NCBI GenBank assembly: GCA_964520345.1
Contig: CAZFMY010000027.1
Coordinates: 1,589 to 65,588, forward strand
DNA: 64,000 nt
Source: an uncultured Gemmatimonadaceae bacterium
Lineage (GTDB): Bacteria > Latescibacterota > UBA2968 > UBA8231
Direction of reading: 5' to 3'
In this document: positions 34,858-44,269 of the stretch, one piece after another
Numbering within the stretch: the stretch's first letter is position 1
Layout of the letters: the number at the start of each line of letters is the position of its first letter
Position numbers and translations under genes: made by a program
Notes under the pieces: generated by a model
What the model was told of the DNA's origin: nothing
The model's database searches: none
The model's input: the letters and a program-made list of their open reading frames with translations, nothing else

Positions 34858-35868
34858 ATGCTCAAGATCAGCAAGGGGTTGGGCAATTTAGCACCGGAGA
34901 CACTGCGCTTCTACCGACAGATCGGAGTCGAGGAGGTCCAGGTGCCGGCGCGTTTCAATACTCGTATCAATCTACGGCCTTTGGTGCCGCCAACGCAAAG
35001 CCAGGCCTTCGGGCCGATGCCGCCAGCCTGGGATGAAGACGAATTGCGGCGGATTTGTGATCATGTGCGCGACTTTGATCTGGAACCGACGACGATCGCC
35101 CTGCCTCTCTCGGGGCGGATTCTGATGGGCGAGGAGGGACGGGATGAGGATCTGGACGACGTGGCCGAGCGGGTGGGGATGGCGGGGAGGGTGGGCCTGG
35201 AGGTATTGACCTGGAATTTTACCGCCTTGCGTGCTTCCGAAGGTTATGCGGCGCAGGGGAAGGCGGGCCGGGGTGGTGCGGATTTGCGCGATTTCGACTA
35301 TGCGCGGATTCGCAATCTGCCGCCTTTAGAAGAACTGGGGTCGTACGGTATGGACGAGATGTGGGAAAGGCTTGAATACTGCTTGCGTCGCATCGTGCCG
35401 GTGGCCGAGTCGGCCGGGGTGCAACTGGCGATGCATCCCAATGATCCGCCGGTGCCCGAATACCGCGGAGTGGCGCAACCACTTTGGGACCTCGATGCGA
35501 TGAAGCGACTGGTCGAGGTCGTCGACAGTCCGTCCAACACCATTTTTTTCGATACGGGAGTAACGACCGAATATGGTGAGGATGCGGTTTCGGCAATCCG
35601 ATATTTCGGGTCGCGGAATCGGATTGGTCTGGTTCATTTCCGCAACGTGCGGGTTGCGGAACCCTATTACAGGTACACCGAAACCTTTATCGACGAGGGT
35701 GAGTGCGATATCGTTGCTTGTATGCGGGCTTTTGCCGCAGTGGGCTACGAGGGCGGAGTTGATCCAGACCACACTCCGGGGATCAGCGGCGATAGCGAAG
35801 AGACTCAGATCGGTTGGGCCTATGCGGTGGGGCAGTTGCGCGCCTTGCGCTTGGCGGCCTACGCCTAA
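34858..35868 (+). CDS. Mannonate dehydratase (UxuA)-like TIM-barrel protein, paralog 2
   Basis: Start at ATG 34858 after AAGGAG. The C-terminal block VHFRNVR....Y.ETFIDEGECDIVACMRAFAAVGYEGGVDPDHTP parallels paralog 1. Confidence 0.65.
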   Translation: MLKISKGLGNLAPETLRFYRQIGVEEVQVPARFNTRINLRPLVPPTQSQAFGPMPPAWDEDELRRICDHVRDFDLEPTTIALPLSGRILMGEEGRDEDLDDVAERVGMAGRVGLEVLTWNFTALRASEGYAAQGKAGRGGADLRDFDYARIRNLPPLEELGSYGMDEMWERLEYCLRRIVPVAESAGVQLAMHPNDPPVPEYRGVAQPLWDLDAMKRLVEVVDSPSNTIFFDTGVTTEYGEDAVSAIRYFGSRNRIGLVHFRNVRVAEPYYRYTETFIDEGECDIVACMRAFAAVGYEGGVDPDHTPGISGDSEETQIGWAYAVGQLRALRLAAYA

Positions 35869-36144
35869 GCTTCTTTGCCACCTATGCGGTCAAGTTGTTG
35901 AAGGAAAGGAGTTTTTTGGTCGAAGGCCTGATCTCGGACCAACTACTTGTTGGTCTGGACCTGCGTGCGGCGATCTAAGCCAGGATCTAAGATCCTTTAC
36001 ATTGCTTGCTCGGATTAATACATTATCGTGCGATTAGCTCTTCGTCGCACTGGTTTCGCAAAGATGACCGAATTGAGCGCTGCTGAATTACGAGTGCTGT
36101 AGAAACAATGAGTTGTGAGTTTTGAGAGTAAGGGCGGGTAGCTC

Positions 36145-36172
36145 TTTTTAAGCGAAGATTTTTTAAGCGAAG
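36145..36172 (+). repeat. Tandem direct repeat 2 x TTTTTAAGCGAAG (15-bp period) upstream of nagB
   Basis: Read directly: 36145..36157 and 36160..36172 are identical 13-mers, 20-47 nt upstream of the nagB ATG. Confidence 0.6.
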
Positions 36173-36191
36173 TCTATTCACTTAGGGAATT

Positions 36192-36932
36192 ATGGCCGGC
36201 GGAATCAAGGTGCGCATCCTCGACGACGAGCAGGCCGTGGCCGGTTTTGCAGCTAAGTTCGTCGTTGAGTTGTTGCGTCGTCGTCCCGATGCCGTGTTGG
36301 GCTTAGCTACTGGTTCTACGCCGGAGCCGACCTACGACGAGTTAGTTCGCTTGCACTGCGAGGAAGGGCTCAGTTTCTCCAAGGTGCGCACTGTCAACCT
36401 CGACGAGTATCTCGGTCTCGATGGGGATCATGAACAGAGCTTTCGCTTCTTTATGCAAAAGCACCTTTTCGGGCATCTGGATATTCGTCCCTGGAATACG
36501 TTTATCTTCGACGGGATGGCTCGAGAACCCGAACAAGAGTGTCTGGCTTTTGAGGCTAAGATTCGCGGGTTGGGAGGGGTTGATCTGTGGCTTTTGGGAC
36601 TGGGTGGCAATGGCCACATCGCTTTTAATGAACCGGGCAGTGCTGCCGGGAGTCGTTCGCGAGTTGTGACACCCAATCCGGAGACCGTTGAGGCCAATAG
36701 CCGCCACTTCGCCGATCCCCGTGAAGTGCCGCGTCGGGGTTTGACCGTGGGAGTGGGGACCATTCTCGACGGGCGCAGTGTCGTGCTTCTAGCTACCGGC
36801 GCCCACAAGGCCGAGGCGGTGGTGCGGGCCGTCGAGGGCCCCCGTTCTGCGGATTGTCCGGCCAGTCTGCTTCAAGACCATCCCGATTGCTTCTTTCTGC
36901 TCGATCGTCCAGCCGCTGCACGGCTATCTTGA
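36192..36932 (+). CDS. nagB: Glucosamine-6-phosphate deaminase
   Basis: 246 aa with LGLATGSTP, NLDEYLGL and LGLGGNGHIAFNEPGS motifs. Confidence 0.9.
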   Translation: MAGGIKVRILDDEQAVAGFAAKFVVELLRRRPDAVLGLATGSTPEPTYDELVRLHCEEGLSFSKVRTVNLDEYLGLDGDHEQSFRFFMQKHLFGHLDIRPWNTFIFDGMAREPEQECLAFEAKIRGLGGVDLWLLGLGGNGHIAFNEPGSAAGSRSRVVTPNPETVEANSRHFADPREVPRRGLTVGVGTILDGRSVVLLATGAHKAEAVVRAVEGPRSADCPASLLQDHPDCFFLLDRPAAARLS

Positions 36933-36942
36933 GGGATCTATC

Positions 36943-38124
36943 GTGATTCTGGTACTCAATTGTGGCTCCTCCTCGCTCAAGTTCAGCCTCTTTGACAAAG
37001 AAGAGCGAACGCGTCTATCCGGTCTGATTGAACGGATCGGCGCAGACGAATCCGAACTGGTGCTTATTCGAGGTGGGGAAGAAGAACGGCGCGGTGTCCG
37101 GGCCGTCGATCATGCCGAGGCCATGGATCGGATGCACGAGGTGTTTTGCGAGATTTACCAGGATGCGAGTGCGATCGAAGCGATCGGTCATCGGATCGTC
37201 CACGGTGGCGAGCGATTTGTCGAGGCTACGCTAATCACTCCTGAGGTTGAAGAGGGCATCGCCGCTTGTGCCGCACTGGCGCCGCTGCACAATCCGGCAC
37301 ATTTGGCCGGGATTCGCGCTGCCCGCGAGTACTTTGCTGCCCTGCCCCATATTGCCGTCTTCGACACTGCCTTTCACCAGACTCTGCCCGAGCAGGCCTA
37401 TCTTTATGCGCTGCCCTACGAACTCTACGAGCAAGACGGTATCCGTCGCTACGGTTTTCATGGGACTTCGCATCGCTACGTGGCTCAGCGGGCGGCCGTG
37501 CTTCTGCAAGTCGAATCCTTTACCGGTATCACCTGTCATTTGGGCAACGGGGCTTCTTTGGCCGCGATCAGCAAAGGTCGGTCGGTCGATACCTCGATGG
37601 GATTGACGCCGTTGGAGGGCGTTGCGATGGGCACGCGCTCGGGAGATGTGGATCCGGCTGTGGTTTTTCATTTGGCGCGGCAGCGTGGTATGGAGATAGA
37701 TGAGATCGAGCAGCTGCTCAATAATGAGAGCGGTTTACTCGGGCTCTCGGGCTCTTCGCAGGACATGCGAGAGATCGAAGAGGCTGCCCTTGGAGGTGAC
37801 CAGAGATCGCGGCTGGCGCTGGAAGTTTTCTCTTACCGGGTACGCAAATACATCGGGGCTTATTTCGCGGTGCTGGGTCGGATTGACGCTTTGGTCTTCA
37901 CTGGTGGTATCGGCGAGAAAAGCGCTTCGGTCCGCCGTTGGGTCGTCCAGGGCTTGGAGGGGCTGGGTCTCGAATTGGACCGGGCTCGCAATCGCGCAGT
38001 CTCTGGTGGAGAGGGCGAGATCTCCGCTTTCGATTCGAGAGTGAGAGTGCTGGTGGTGCCGACCAATGAGGAGTTGGTTATTGCTCAAGAAGTTCGGGAG
38101 GTCATCTCTGACGGGGGGCAGTGA
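36943..38124 (+). CDS. ackA: Acetate kinase
   Basis: 393 aa, GTG start. Motifs: ILVLNCGSSSLKFSLFD, GHRIVHGG, AFHQT, RRYGFHGTSH and FTGGIGE. Confidence 0.9.
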   Translation: MILVLNCGSSSLKFSLFDKEERTRLSGLIERIGADESELVLIRGGEEERRGVRAVDHAEAMDRMHEVFCEIYQDASAIEAIGHRIVHGGERFVEATLITPEVEEGIAACAALAPLHNPAHLAGIRAAREYFAALPHIAVFDTAFHQTLPEQAYLYALPYELYEQDGIRRYGFHGTSHRYVAQRAAVLLQVESFTGITCHLGNGASLAAISKGRSVDTSMGLTPLEGVAMGTRSGDVDPAVVFHLARQRGMEIDEIEQLLNNESGLLGLSGSSQDMREIEEAALGGDQRSRLALEVFSYRVRKYIGAYFAVLGRIDALVFTGGIGEKSASVRRWVVQGLEGLGLELDRARNRAVSGGEGEISAFDSRVRVLVVPTNEELVIAQEVREVISDGGQ

Positions 38125-38128
38125 GGCT

Positions 38129-40468
38129 ATGACGGATCGAGGTGCGCTGACGAGTGTTGAACGCAGGGCTGTAAAGGCTTCGCCCTTTGCCGAACTCTAT
38201 CCTCCGGCCGAAAGAATCAAGACCATCGTAGTCAAGAATTTTCCGGCTTTGGGAAAATTGGCGGCGATGCGTTTTGTCGAATGGGTACAGGATCATCCCG
38301 GGGGTGTGGTCTCGCTGCCCACGGGCAAGACTCCGGAGCATTTCATCCGCTGGGTCCAACGATTGACGCAAAATTGGGACCAAGCCGAAGTTCGCAATGA
38401 ACTTGAGCTTGCGGGTATTGACCCGGGGCGCAAGCCGGATCTGCGCACTTTGCATTTTGTGCAGATCGACGAGTTCTACCCGATCGAACCTCGCCAGGAC
38501 AATAGCTTTTACGCGTATGTCAACCGTTTCTACGTGGATGGTTTCGGGTTAGACCCAGCCAAGGCCTCGTTAATCAACTGCACCGAGATCGGTTTGGCGG
38601 CTGGTCAGACGCTGAATGAGGTCTGGCCGAGTGGCGAGGTAGATCTTTCGCTGCGCTACCGCGCAGCCCGCACTGCGCTCGAGCAGACGCAGCAAGATCT
38701 GTTGGAGAGAATCGATCAGTGGTGTCAGGAATACGAAGAGCACATCCGCGCGCTGGGTGGTATCGGCTTTTTTTTAGGGGGGATTGGCCCCGATGGGCAT
38801 ATCGGATTCAACGTCCGGGGCTCGGACCATTTTTCGACGACGCGGCTGACGGAGGTAAACTACGAGACCCAGGCTGCTGCTGCTGCCGATCTGGGTGGGA
38901 TCGAAGTCGCGCGCAAGCGGCTGGTCATCACCATCGGCCTGGGCACGATTACCAGCAATCCCGATAGCTGTGCCCTAATTATCGCTGCTGGCGAAGCCAA
39001 AGCAGGCATCGTCGCTGCTGCGGTTGAGGAGGCCGCCGATATTCGCCATCCGGCTTCGGTGTTGCACCGCTTGCCCGGGGCTCGCTTCTATGTCACCCAG
39101 GGTGCGGCCAAGTTGCTGAAGGAGCGAGAGCGGGTGCTCTTTGCGCAGCAGAAAGAAATCGCTGACGCAAGCGTGGAAAAAATCCTTGTCGATCTGGCCT
39201 TTCGCTTGGGCAAGAGGGTGATTGACCTGAGCGAGGTGGATTTTGCGCAGGATGACTTTGCGACGGAATTGCTGCAGCGACGGCCAGAAAAGATCGATGC
39301 CCTGGTGGGACTGGTGCGGGATCGACTGATGAACAAGATCGGGCGCGGAACCCAGACTTTGTCGGGAACGCGCTTTTTGCATACCGAGCCTCATCACGAC
39401 GATCTGATGTTGGGATATCTTCCCTATATCGTCCGTCACGTTCGCGATGCGACTAACGTTCATTATTTCGTTTGCTTCACGGGCGGTTTTACTGCGGTGA
39501 CAAATGATTTCATTCTCGCCCATCTCGATCGGTTGAAGCAGTTTCTCAAGACTGCTGAGTGTGCCGAACTGCTGGCGGAGGGTTATTTCGATCCCGGTTA
39601 TGAAATCGGCCGCAACCGCGATATCTGGCAGTACCTCGACGGGGTCGCTGCCAACGACCAGCAACTGCGCGACGAGGGGATGGCGCGGCGCTTCTTACGC
39701 AATCTCATCGAGCTATTCGGCAAGGAGGGGGTCGAAGTAAATACCGGGGAGCTGGAGTCTTATTTTACGCAGCATTACCCTGGACAGAAAGACGCCCCGG
39801 AGGTGCAGGCGCTCAAGAGTATGTGCCGCGAGTTTGAAGCGGAATGTATCTGGGGATACTTTGGCTGGGACTGCGCCAATGTCAAGCACCTGCGTCTCGG
39901 CTTTTACACCGGTGATATCTTCACCGGGGAACCGACGGTAGAAGACGATGTGCTGCCGGTGGTGAACTTGCTCGAACGAATCCAGCCCGATGTGGTCAGT
40001 GTTGCACTCGATCCGGAGGCCAGTGGTCCAGATACTCATTACAAGGTGTTACAGGCGGTCACTGAGGCCCTGCGCCGCTACGAGCGGCAGAGCGGTCGTT
40101 CCGATCTGAAGATCTGGGGGTATCGCAATGTTTGGTTCCGCTTCGAGCCGAGCGAGGCCGATATCTTCGTGCCGGTTTCACTCAATATGCTTTCGGTGAT
40201 GCACAGCGCCTTTATGAATACATTCATTTCCCAGCGCGATGCCTCCTTCCCGTCTTACGAGTACGATGGTCCTTTTTCCGAATTGGCTCGACAGGTGCAG
40301 GTAGATCAGTACCAGAAGATCAAAACCTGCCTGGGGCGCGAGTGGTTTCAGGAGCATTCCAGCCCGCTGATCCGCGCTACTCGAGGCCTGGTTTTTCTCA
40401 AAGAGATGGATCTCAGTGAGTTCTACGAGCACAGCCGGGTGCTTAGACAAACCTTTGAAAACAGCTGA
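38129..40468 (+). CDS. Bidomain protein: NagB/6-phosphogluconolactonase-like sugar isomerase domain and LmbE/PIG-L-like deacetylase domain
   Basis: Start at ATG 38129. The N-terminal domain has SLPTGKTPE and GIGPDGHIGFNVRGS. The C-terminal domain has the PIG-L zinc motif PHHDD and a later DPEASGPDTH. Confidence 0.75.
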   Translation: MTDRGALTSVERRAVKASPFAELYPPAERIKTIVVKNFPALGKLAAMRFVEWVQDHPGGVVSLPTGKTPEHFIRWVQRLTQNWDQAEVRNELELAGIDPGRKPDLRTLHFVQIDEFYPIEPRQDNSFYAYVNRFYVDGFGLDPAKASLINCTEIGLAAGQTLNEVWPSGEVDLSLRYRAARTALEQTQQDLLERIDQWCQEYEEHIRALGGIGFFLGGIGPDGHIGFNVRGSDHFSTTRLTEVNYETQAAAAADLGGIEVARKRLVITIGLGTITSNPDSCALIIAAGEAKAGIVAAAVEEAADIRHPASVLHRLPGARFYVTQGAAKLLKERERVLFAQQKEIADASVEKILVDLAFRLGKRVIDLSEVDFAQDDFATELLQRRPEKIDALVGLVRDRLMNKIGRGTQTLSGTRFLHTEPHHDDLMLGYLPYIVRHVRDATNVHYFVCFTGGFTAVTNDFILAHLDRLKQFLKTAECAELLAEGYFDPGYEIGRNRDIWQYLDGVAANDQQLRDEGMARRFLRNLIELFGKEGVEVNTGELESYFTQHYPGQKDAPEVQALKSMCREFEAECIWGYFGWDCANVKHLRLGFYTGDIFTGEPTVEDDVLPVVNLLERIQPDVVSVALDPEASGPDTHYKVLQAVTEALRRYERQSGRSDLKIWGYRNVWFRFEPSEADIFVPVSLNMLSVMHSAFMNTFISQRDASFPSYEYDGPFSELARQVQVDQYQKIKTCLGREWFQEHSSPLIRATRGLVFLKEMDLSEFYEHSRVLRQTFENS

Positions 40469-40686
40469 AATGAGAGGGACCGAGGTGCAGTGTGGAGTGT
40501 GCGTCCCATAACCCGTGTAATTCCAATTTATAATCAGCGTCTGCATATCTATCGTTGTAAGCTCACCGCCTTTACGCAGTGGTTGTTTCGATGAATCGGC
40601 GCAGAGGATGGCCAGAGTTAGTGATAGGGGATCTAGCCTCCAGCGTCGTTCCGGGTTGGTTTTTGACTTGTCATTGTGGGATTAAA

Positions 40687-41526
40687 ATGAGAATCGCCGT
40701 TACCGGTAGCAGCGGCCGTATTGGCCGTTATATAGTACGCGAATTGGTTGCTGCAGGTCACGAGGTCATTGGACTCGATCTCCGATCCCAGGCGGGGAGC
40801 CTGCAGGTGGACCTGACCGAAAGCGGCCAGGTTTATGAGGGGTTAGCGGGTTCTCAGGCTGTCGTCCATATGGGTGCCTGGGCCAATTCCGGACTCGTAC
40901 CCGATACGCGCACGTACTCCGATAATGTCGCCGGCACGTTCAATGTTTTCCAGGCCGCCGCCGACCTGGGCATCCGCCGAGTCGTCTCGGCGTCGAGCAA
41001 TCAGGTATATGGTTTTGCCGGTGCACCGCCCCTCTACGTCCCGGTCGACGAGGACCACCCCTGTCGTCCACTTAATTGCTACGCGCTTTCGAAGATGGCC
41101 GGCGAGCAGGCAGCTGACTATTTCTCCGCGAATAAAAGGTTGGAAATTCTCTCGTTTAGGATTCTCGGCACCCGTACTCCGGCAGAGATCCCTGGTGATA
41201 TGGCCAGGATTGCCGCCGACCCGGCGAGTGGCTGCAAATTGTTGTGGACACGGACTGATGCGCGCGATGTGGCCGTGGCTTGCCGACTGGCTGTGGAGGC
41301 GGATCGGGTGGAATCGGGTCCGTACAATATTGCCGGACCGCGCGTGGTACTGGAAACCCCTGTGCTGGATCTGGTCGCAGAGCATTTTGGGGACCACACC
41401 GAGATTCGCGGTATTCTTGAGACGGTTGATTCGCCGTTGAGTTGTGCGAAGGCCCAGCGAGTTTTTGGTTATCGGCCGCGTTATGCCTGGTCGTTGGGTG
41501 TTGAGCATCCAGAGGAGTTGGAGTGA
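40687..41526 (+). CDS. NAD-dependent epimerase/dehydratase (SDR)
   Basis: Start at ATG 40687 (MRIAVTGSSGRIGRYIV). Contains YALSK (YxxxK). Confidence 0.8.
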   Translation: MRIAVTGSSGRIGRYIVRELVAAGHEVIGLDLRSQAGSLQVDLTESGQVYEGLAGSQAVVHMGAWANSGLVPDTRTYSDNVAGTFNVFQAAADLGIRRVVSASSNQVYGFAGAPPLYVPVDEDHPCRPLNCYALSKMAGEQAADYFSANKRLEILSFRILGTRTPAEIPGDMARIAADPASGCKLLWTRTDARDVAVACRLAVEADRVESGPYNIAGPRVVLETPVLDLVAEHFGDHTEIRGILETVDSPLSCAKAQRVFGYRPRYAWSLGVEHPEELE

Positions 41527-43100
41527 AAGAAGTACGAACCGATATTCTCGTCGCTGGCGGCGGGGTTGGTGGGGTAGCAGCCGCTCTGGCAGCTGTGTCG
41601 CTGGGCAGACGGGTGGTGCTCACCGAGGAGACCGACTGGCTCGGCGGACAATTGACGTCGCAGGCAGTACCTCCCGATGAACATCGGTGGATCGAGTCAT
41701 TCGGATGCACGGCGCGATACAGGAAATTCCGCCAAGGGGTGCGTCAGTATTATCGGGATCACTATCCCCTCAATTTCTCGGCGCAACGCGATCCGCATTT
41801 AAATCCTGGTGCCGGCAGTGTTTCGAAACTCTGTTGCGAGCCGCGAGTGGCACTGGCGGCTCTGGAGTCGATGCTGACGGCTGAACTCGCGCGGGGTCGG
41901 GTAGAGATCTGGCGCAAGTGCAAGCCGACTGGTGCCGAGACCAAAGGAGACCGGATCGTGGCGGTGCGCGTTCTCGATCTGGAAACCGGAGCGCAGATAT
42001 GGGTTCGGGCCGATTACGTGCTGGATGCGACCGAACTGGGAGATGTGCTGGCCCTGGCTGGAGTGGACTATGTTTCGGGTGCTGAGTCGAGTGCGGAGAC
42101 GGGCGAGTTGCACGCACCGGATTCGGCCGATCCAGAAAACGTGCAGGCACTGACCTGGTGCTTTGCGGTCGGCTACGATCCGGACGGAAATCATACGATC
42201 GATCGGCCCAACTATTATGCCCAGTGGCGCGATTACGATCCCGGACTCAGTCCCGCCTGGCCTGGTAAAATGCTGAGCTGGACCTATACCCAGCCGATTA
42301 CCCGCGAGCCGATCACCGCGACCTTCGATCCCGCTAATGGCGAGGGCAGCTTCTGGCGCTATCGGCGGCTCATTGGTCGTCAGCACTGGGCGTCAGGCCA
42401 TGAGCCGCACGAGGTTTCGCTCTGCAACTGGCCACAGAACGACTATTTCGAAGGAAATATTATCGACAAGGACGAGCAAGAGGTTGAGCGGTGTCTGGCG
42501 GCGGCACGCGAACTCTCGCTGAGCCTGTTCTACTGGCTGCAGACCGAGGCGCCACGCCCGGATGGCGGCAGCGGTTTTCCGGGGTTGTATCTGCGGCCGG
42601 ATATCACCGGCACGGCCGATGGCTTGGCCAAAGCACCTTATATTCGCGAGTCGCGACGGATTCGCGCGCTCTTCACGGTGACCGAAAATCACATTGGTCG
42701 CGAGTCGCGGGGGGTAGATCAGGCCGCTTTCTTTGCCGACAGTGTCGGGGTGGGGTGTTATCGGATCGATTTACATCCCTCAACGGGCAGAGACAATTAT
42801 ATCGATATCAGTTCGTTGCCGTTCCAGATCCCACTGGGAGCGCTGGTGCCGATTCGGGTCGAGAACGTGCTGCCCGCCTGCAAGAATCTCGGGACCACCC
42901 ATATCAGCAATGGTTGCTATCGATTGCACCCGGTGGAGTGGAATATCGGTGAGGCGGCCGGATTGCTGGCAGCTTTTTGTCTGGAGCGAGATTATACGCC
43001 GCAGCAGATATGTGGGCGCGAGAAGTTGGTTGAGGAATTCCAGGTGCTTTTGCGCGCTCAAGGCGTCGAACTCGAGTGGCCGACAACTCATCCCGTATAG
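41523..43100 (+). CDS. FAD-dependent oxidoreductase (PF12831-like)
   Basis: GTG start overlapping the upstream stop (GTGA). Dinucleotide motif DILVAGGGVGGVAAALAA. Confidence 0.75.
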   Translation: MKEVRTDILVAGGGVGGVAAALAAVSLGRRVVLTEETDWLGGQLTSQAVPPDEHRWIESFGCTARYRKFRQGVRQYYRDHYPLNFSAQRDPHLNPGAGSVSKLCCEPRVALAALESMLTAELARGRVEIWRKCKPTGAETKGDRIVAVRVLDLETGAQIWVRADYVLDATELGDVLALAGVDYVSGAESSAETGELHAPDSADPENVQALTWCFAVGYDPDGNHTIDRPNYYAQWRDYDPGLSPAWPGKMLSWTYTQPITREPITATFDPANGEGSFWRYRRLIGRQHWASGHEPHEVSLCNWPQNDYFEGNIIDKDEQEVERCLAAARELSLSLFYWLQTEAPRPDGGSGFPGLYLRPDITGTADGLAKAPYIRESRRIRALFTVTENHIGRESRGVDQAAFFADSVGVGCYRIDLHPSTGRDNYIDISSLPFQIPLGALVPIRVENVLPACKNLGTTHISNGCYRLHPVEWNIGEAAGLLAAFCLERDYTPQQICGREKLVEEFQVLLRAQGVELEWPTTHPV

Positions 43101-43108
43101 GAGACTCA

Positions 43109-44107
43109 ATGGCCAAAGTGAAATTCGGTATCATTGGTTGCGGCGCGATTGCCGCCAATTCATTCGCTCCGAGCCTGCTCGCCTCCGAAGAGGCCGAGTT
43201 GGTAGCTGTTTGTCGCCGCGACCGCGAAAAGGCTCAGGCATTTGCCAGAGAATTTGGGGGCTGTGCTCATTACGGTACGGCTGAGGAACTTTTGGATGAT
43301 GAGAATGTCGAGGCGGTAGTGGTGGCGACCCCAACTGATTCCCATTGTGAATACGTGCTCTTGGCAGCGGAGCGCGGTCGGTCCGTACTCTGCGAAAAAC
43401 CGATGGCGCGTGATGCGGCTGAGTGTCGACGGATGATCGAGGCCTGCCGCGACGCGGGAGTCAAACTGGGTGTGGCCTATAGGCGACGACTCTTCCCGCA
43501 GGTCCTCAAGGCCAAAGAGTTGGTGGCCGAAGGGCGGATCGGTCGGGTCGTCTGTGTGCGGACTCACTACAGTGGCTGGACTTCGGTTGGCCCCGACGAG
43601 TGGCGGGTGGATCCTGGTATCGGAGGTGCGATGATGGAGATGGCGGTACATCGTTTAGAGGTTCTACTCAACTTCGCTGCTGCACCGGTGGAGGTCAGCG
43701 CGCTGGTGGAGACGGTGCACCACGAGTGGCCGGTGGACGATACCGACGCGATTTTGTTAAAATTTGCCGACGGGACCATTGGCGTACATTCGACGGTACT
43801 CTGTTCGAATCCCCGCCGCGATATTGCTCATATAGACGGTACTGAGGGACGGATTATGATCGATTCGCTGGAGTTTGGTTCGGAGATCCTGCGTTTGGAG
43901 ACGTCGGCCGGAGTCGAGGAGATCGGTGTTGAGCCGTTGCAAAACCCCTATTTCGACCGGCCGATGCTGGATGATTTCGCTCTTGCGGTACGCGAGGACC
44001 GCCAACCGCTCTGCGACGGAGAGACGGGTTTTGTGGTTCAGGCGGTGGTCGATGCGGCTTTTAGTTCGGCACGGGAGCAGCGAGCTATCAAGGTCGAGCG
44101 GTTATAA
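43109..44107 (+). CDS. Gfo/Idh/MocA family oxidoreductase
   Basis: Start at ATG 43109 after AGGAG. Contains KFGIIGCGAIA and CEKPMA. Confidence 0.85.
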   Translation: MAKVKFGIIGCGAIAANSFAPSLLASEEAELVAVCRRDREKAQAFAREFGGCAHYGTAEELLDDENVEAVVVATPTDSHCEYVLLAAERGRSVLCEKPMARDAAECRRMIEACRDAGVKLGVAYRRRLFPQVLKAKELVAEGRIGRVVCVRTHYSGWTSVGPDEWRVDPGIGGAMMEMAVHRLEVLLNFAAAPVEVSALVETVHHEWPVDDTDAILLKFADGTIGVHSTVLCSNPRRDIAHIDGTEGRIMIDSLEFGSEILRLETSAGVEEIGVEPLQNPYFDRPMLDDFALAVREDRQPLCDGETGFVVQAVVDAAFSSAREQRAIKVERL

Positions 44108-44269
44108 CGAGGCGTATCGACTATTGCTCCGGGTGTGCCGGAATCGGCCGAGGTGCATTTTCGCTAGCTTCGAAGCGGCTTCCCGAACGGTGCAATACCG
44201 CCTCGCTATGGAGCGGCCCGCAGAGTTGGTGGATGTGCGGAGGTTGATGCCAGGTAAAAGGAGATCGCA

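Noticed and set aside
35937-35996. Small hairpin gaccaac-tactt-gttggtc and palindrome aggatctaagatcct downstream of the UxuA-like gene, considered as terminators or operators.
   Set aside because: The stems are short (6-7 bp) with no T-tract. They are not distinguishable from chance structure.
36132-36144. gggcgggtagctc resembles the 5' acceptor/D-stem start of a tRNA. I considered a tRNA or an attachment-site remnant.
   Set aside because: No D-loop, anticodon arm, T-arm or matching 3' acceptor strand follows. Integration remnants normally duplicate tRNA 3' ends. A 13-nt match is compatible with chance.
38768-38782. T8-A-G6 homopolymer run inside the NagB-like/LmbE gene, considered as a possible slipped-strand phase-variation site.
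   Set aside because: It simply encodes FFLGG in a conserved motif region (GIGFFLGGIGPDGH). There is no evidence of length variation from a single sequence.
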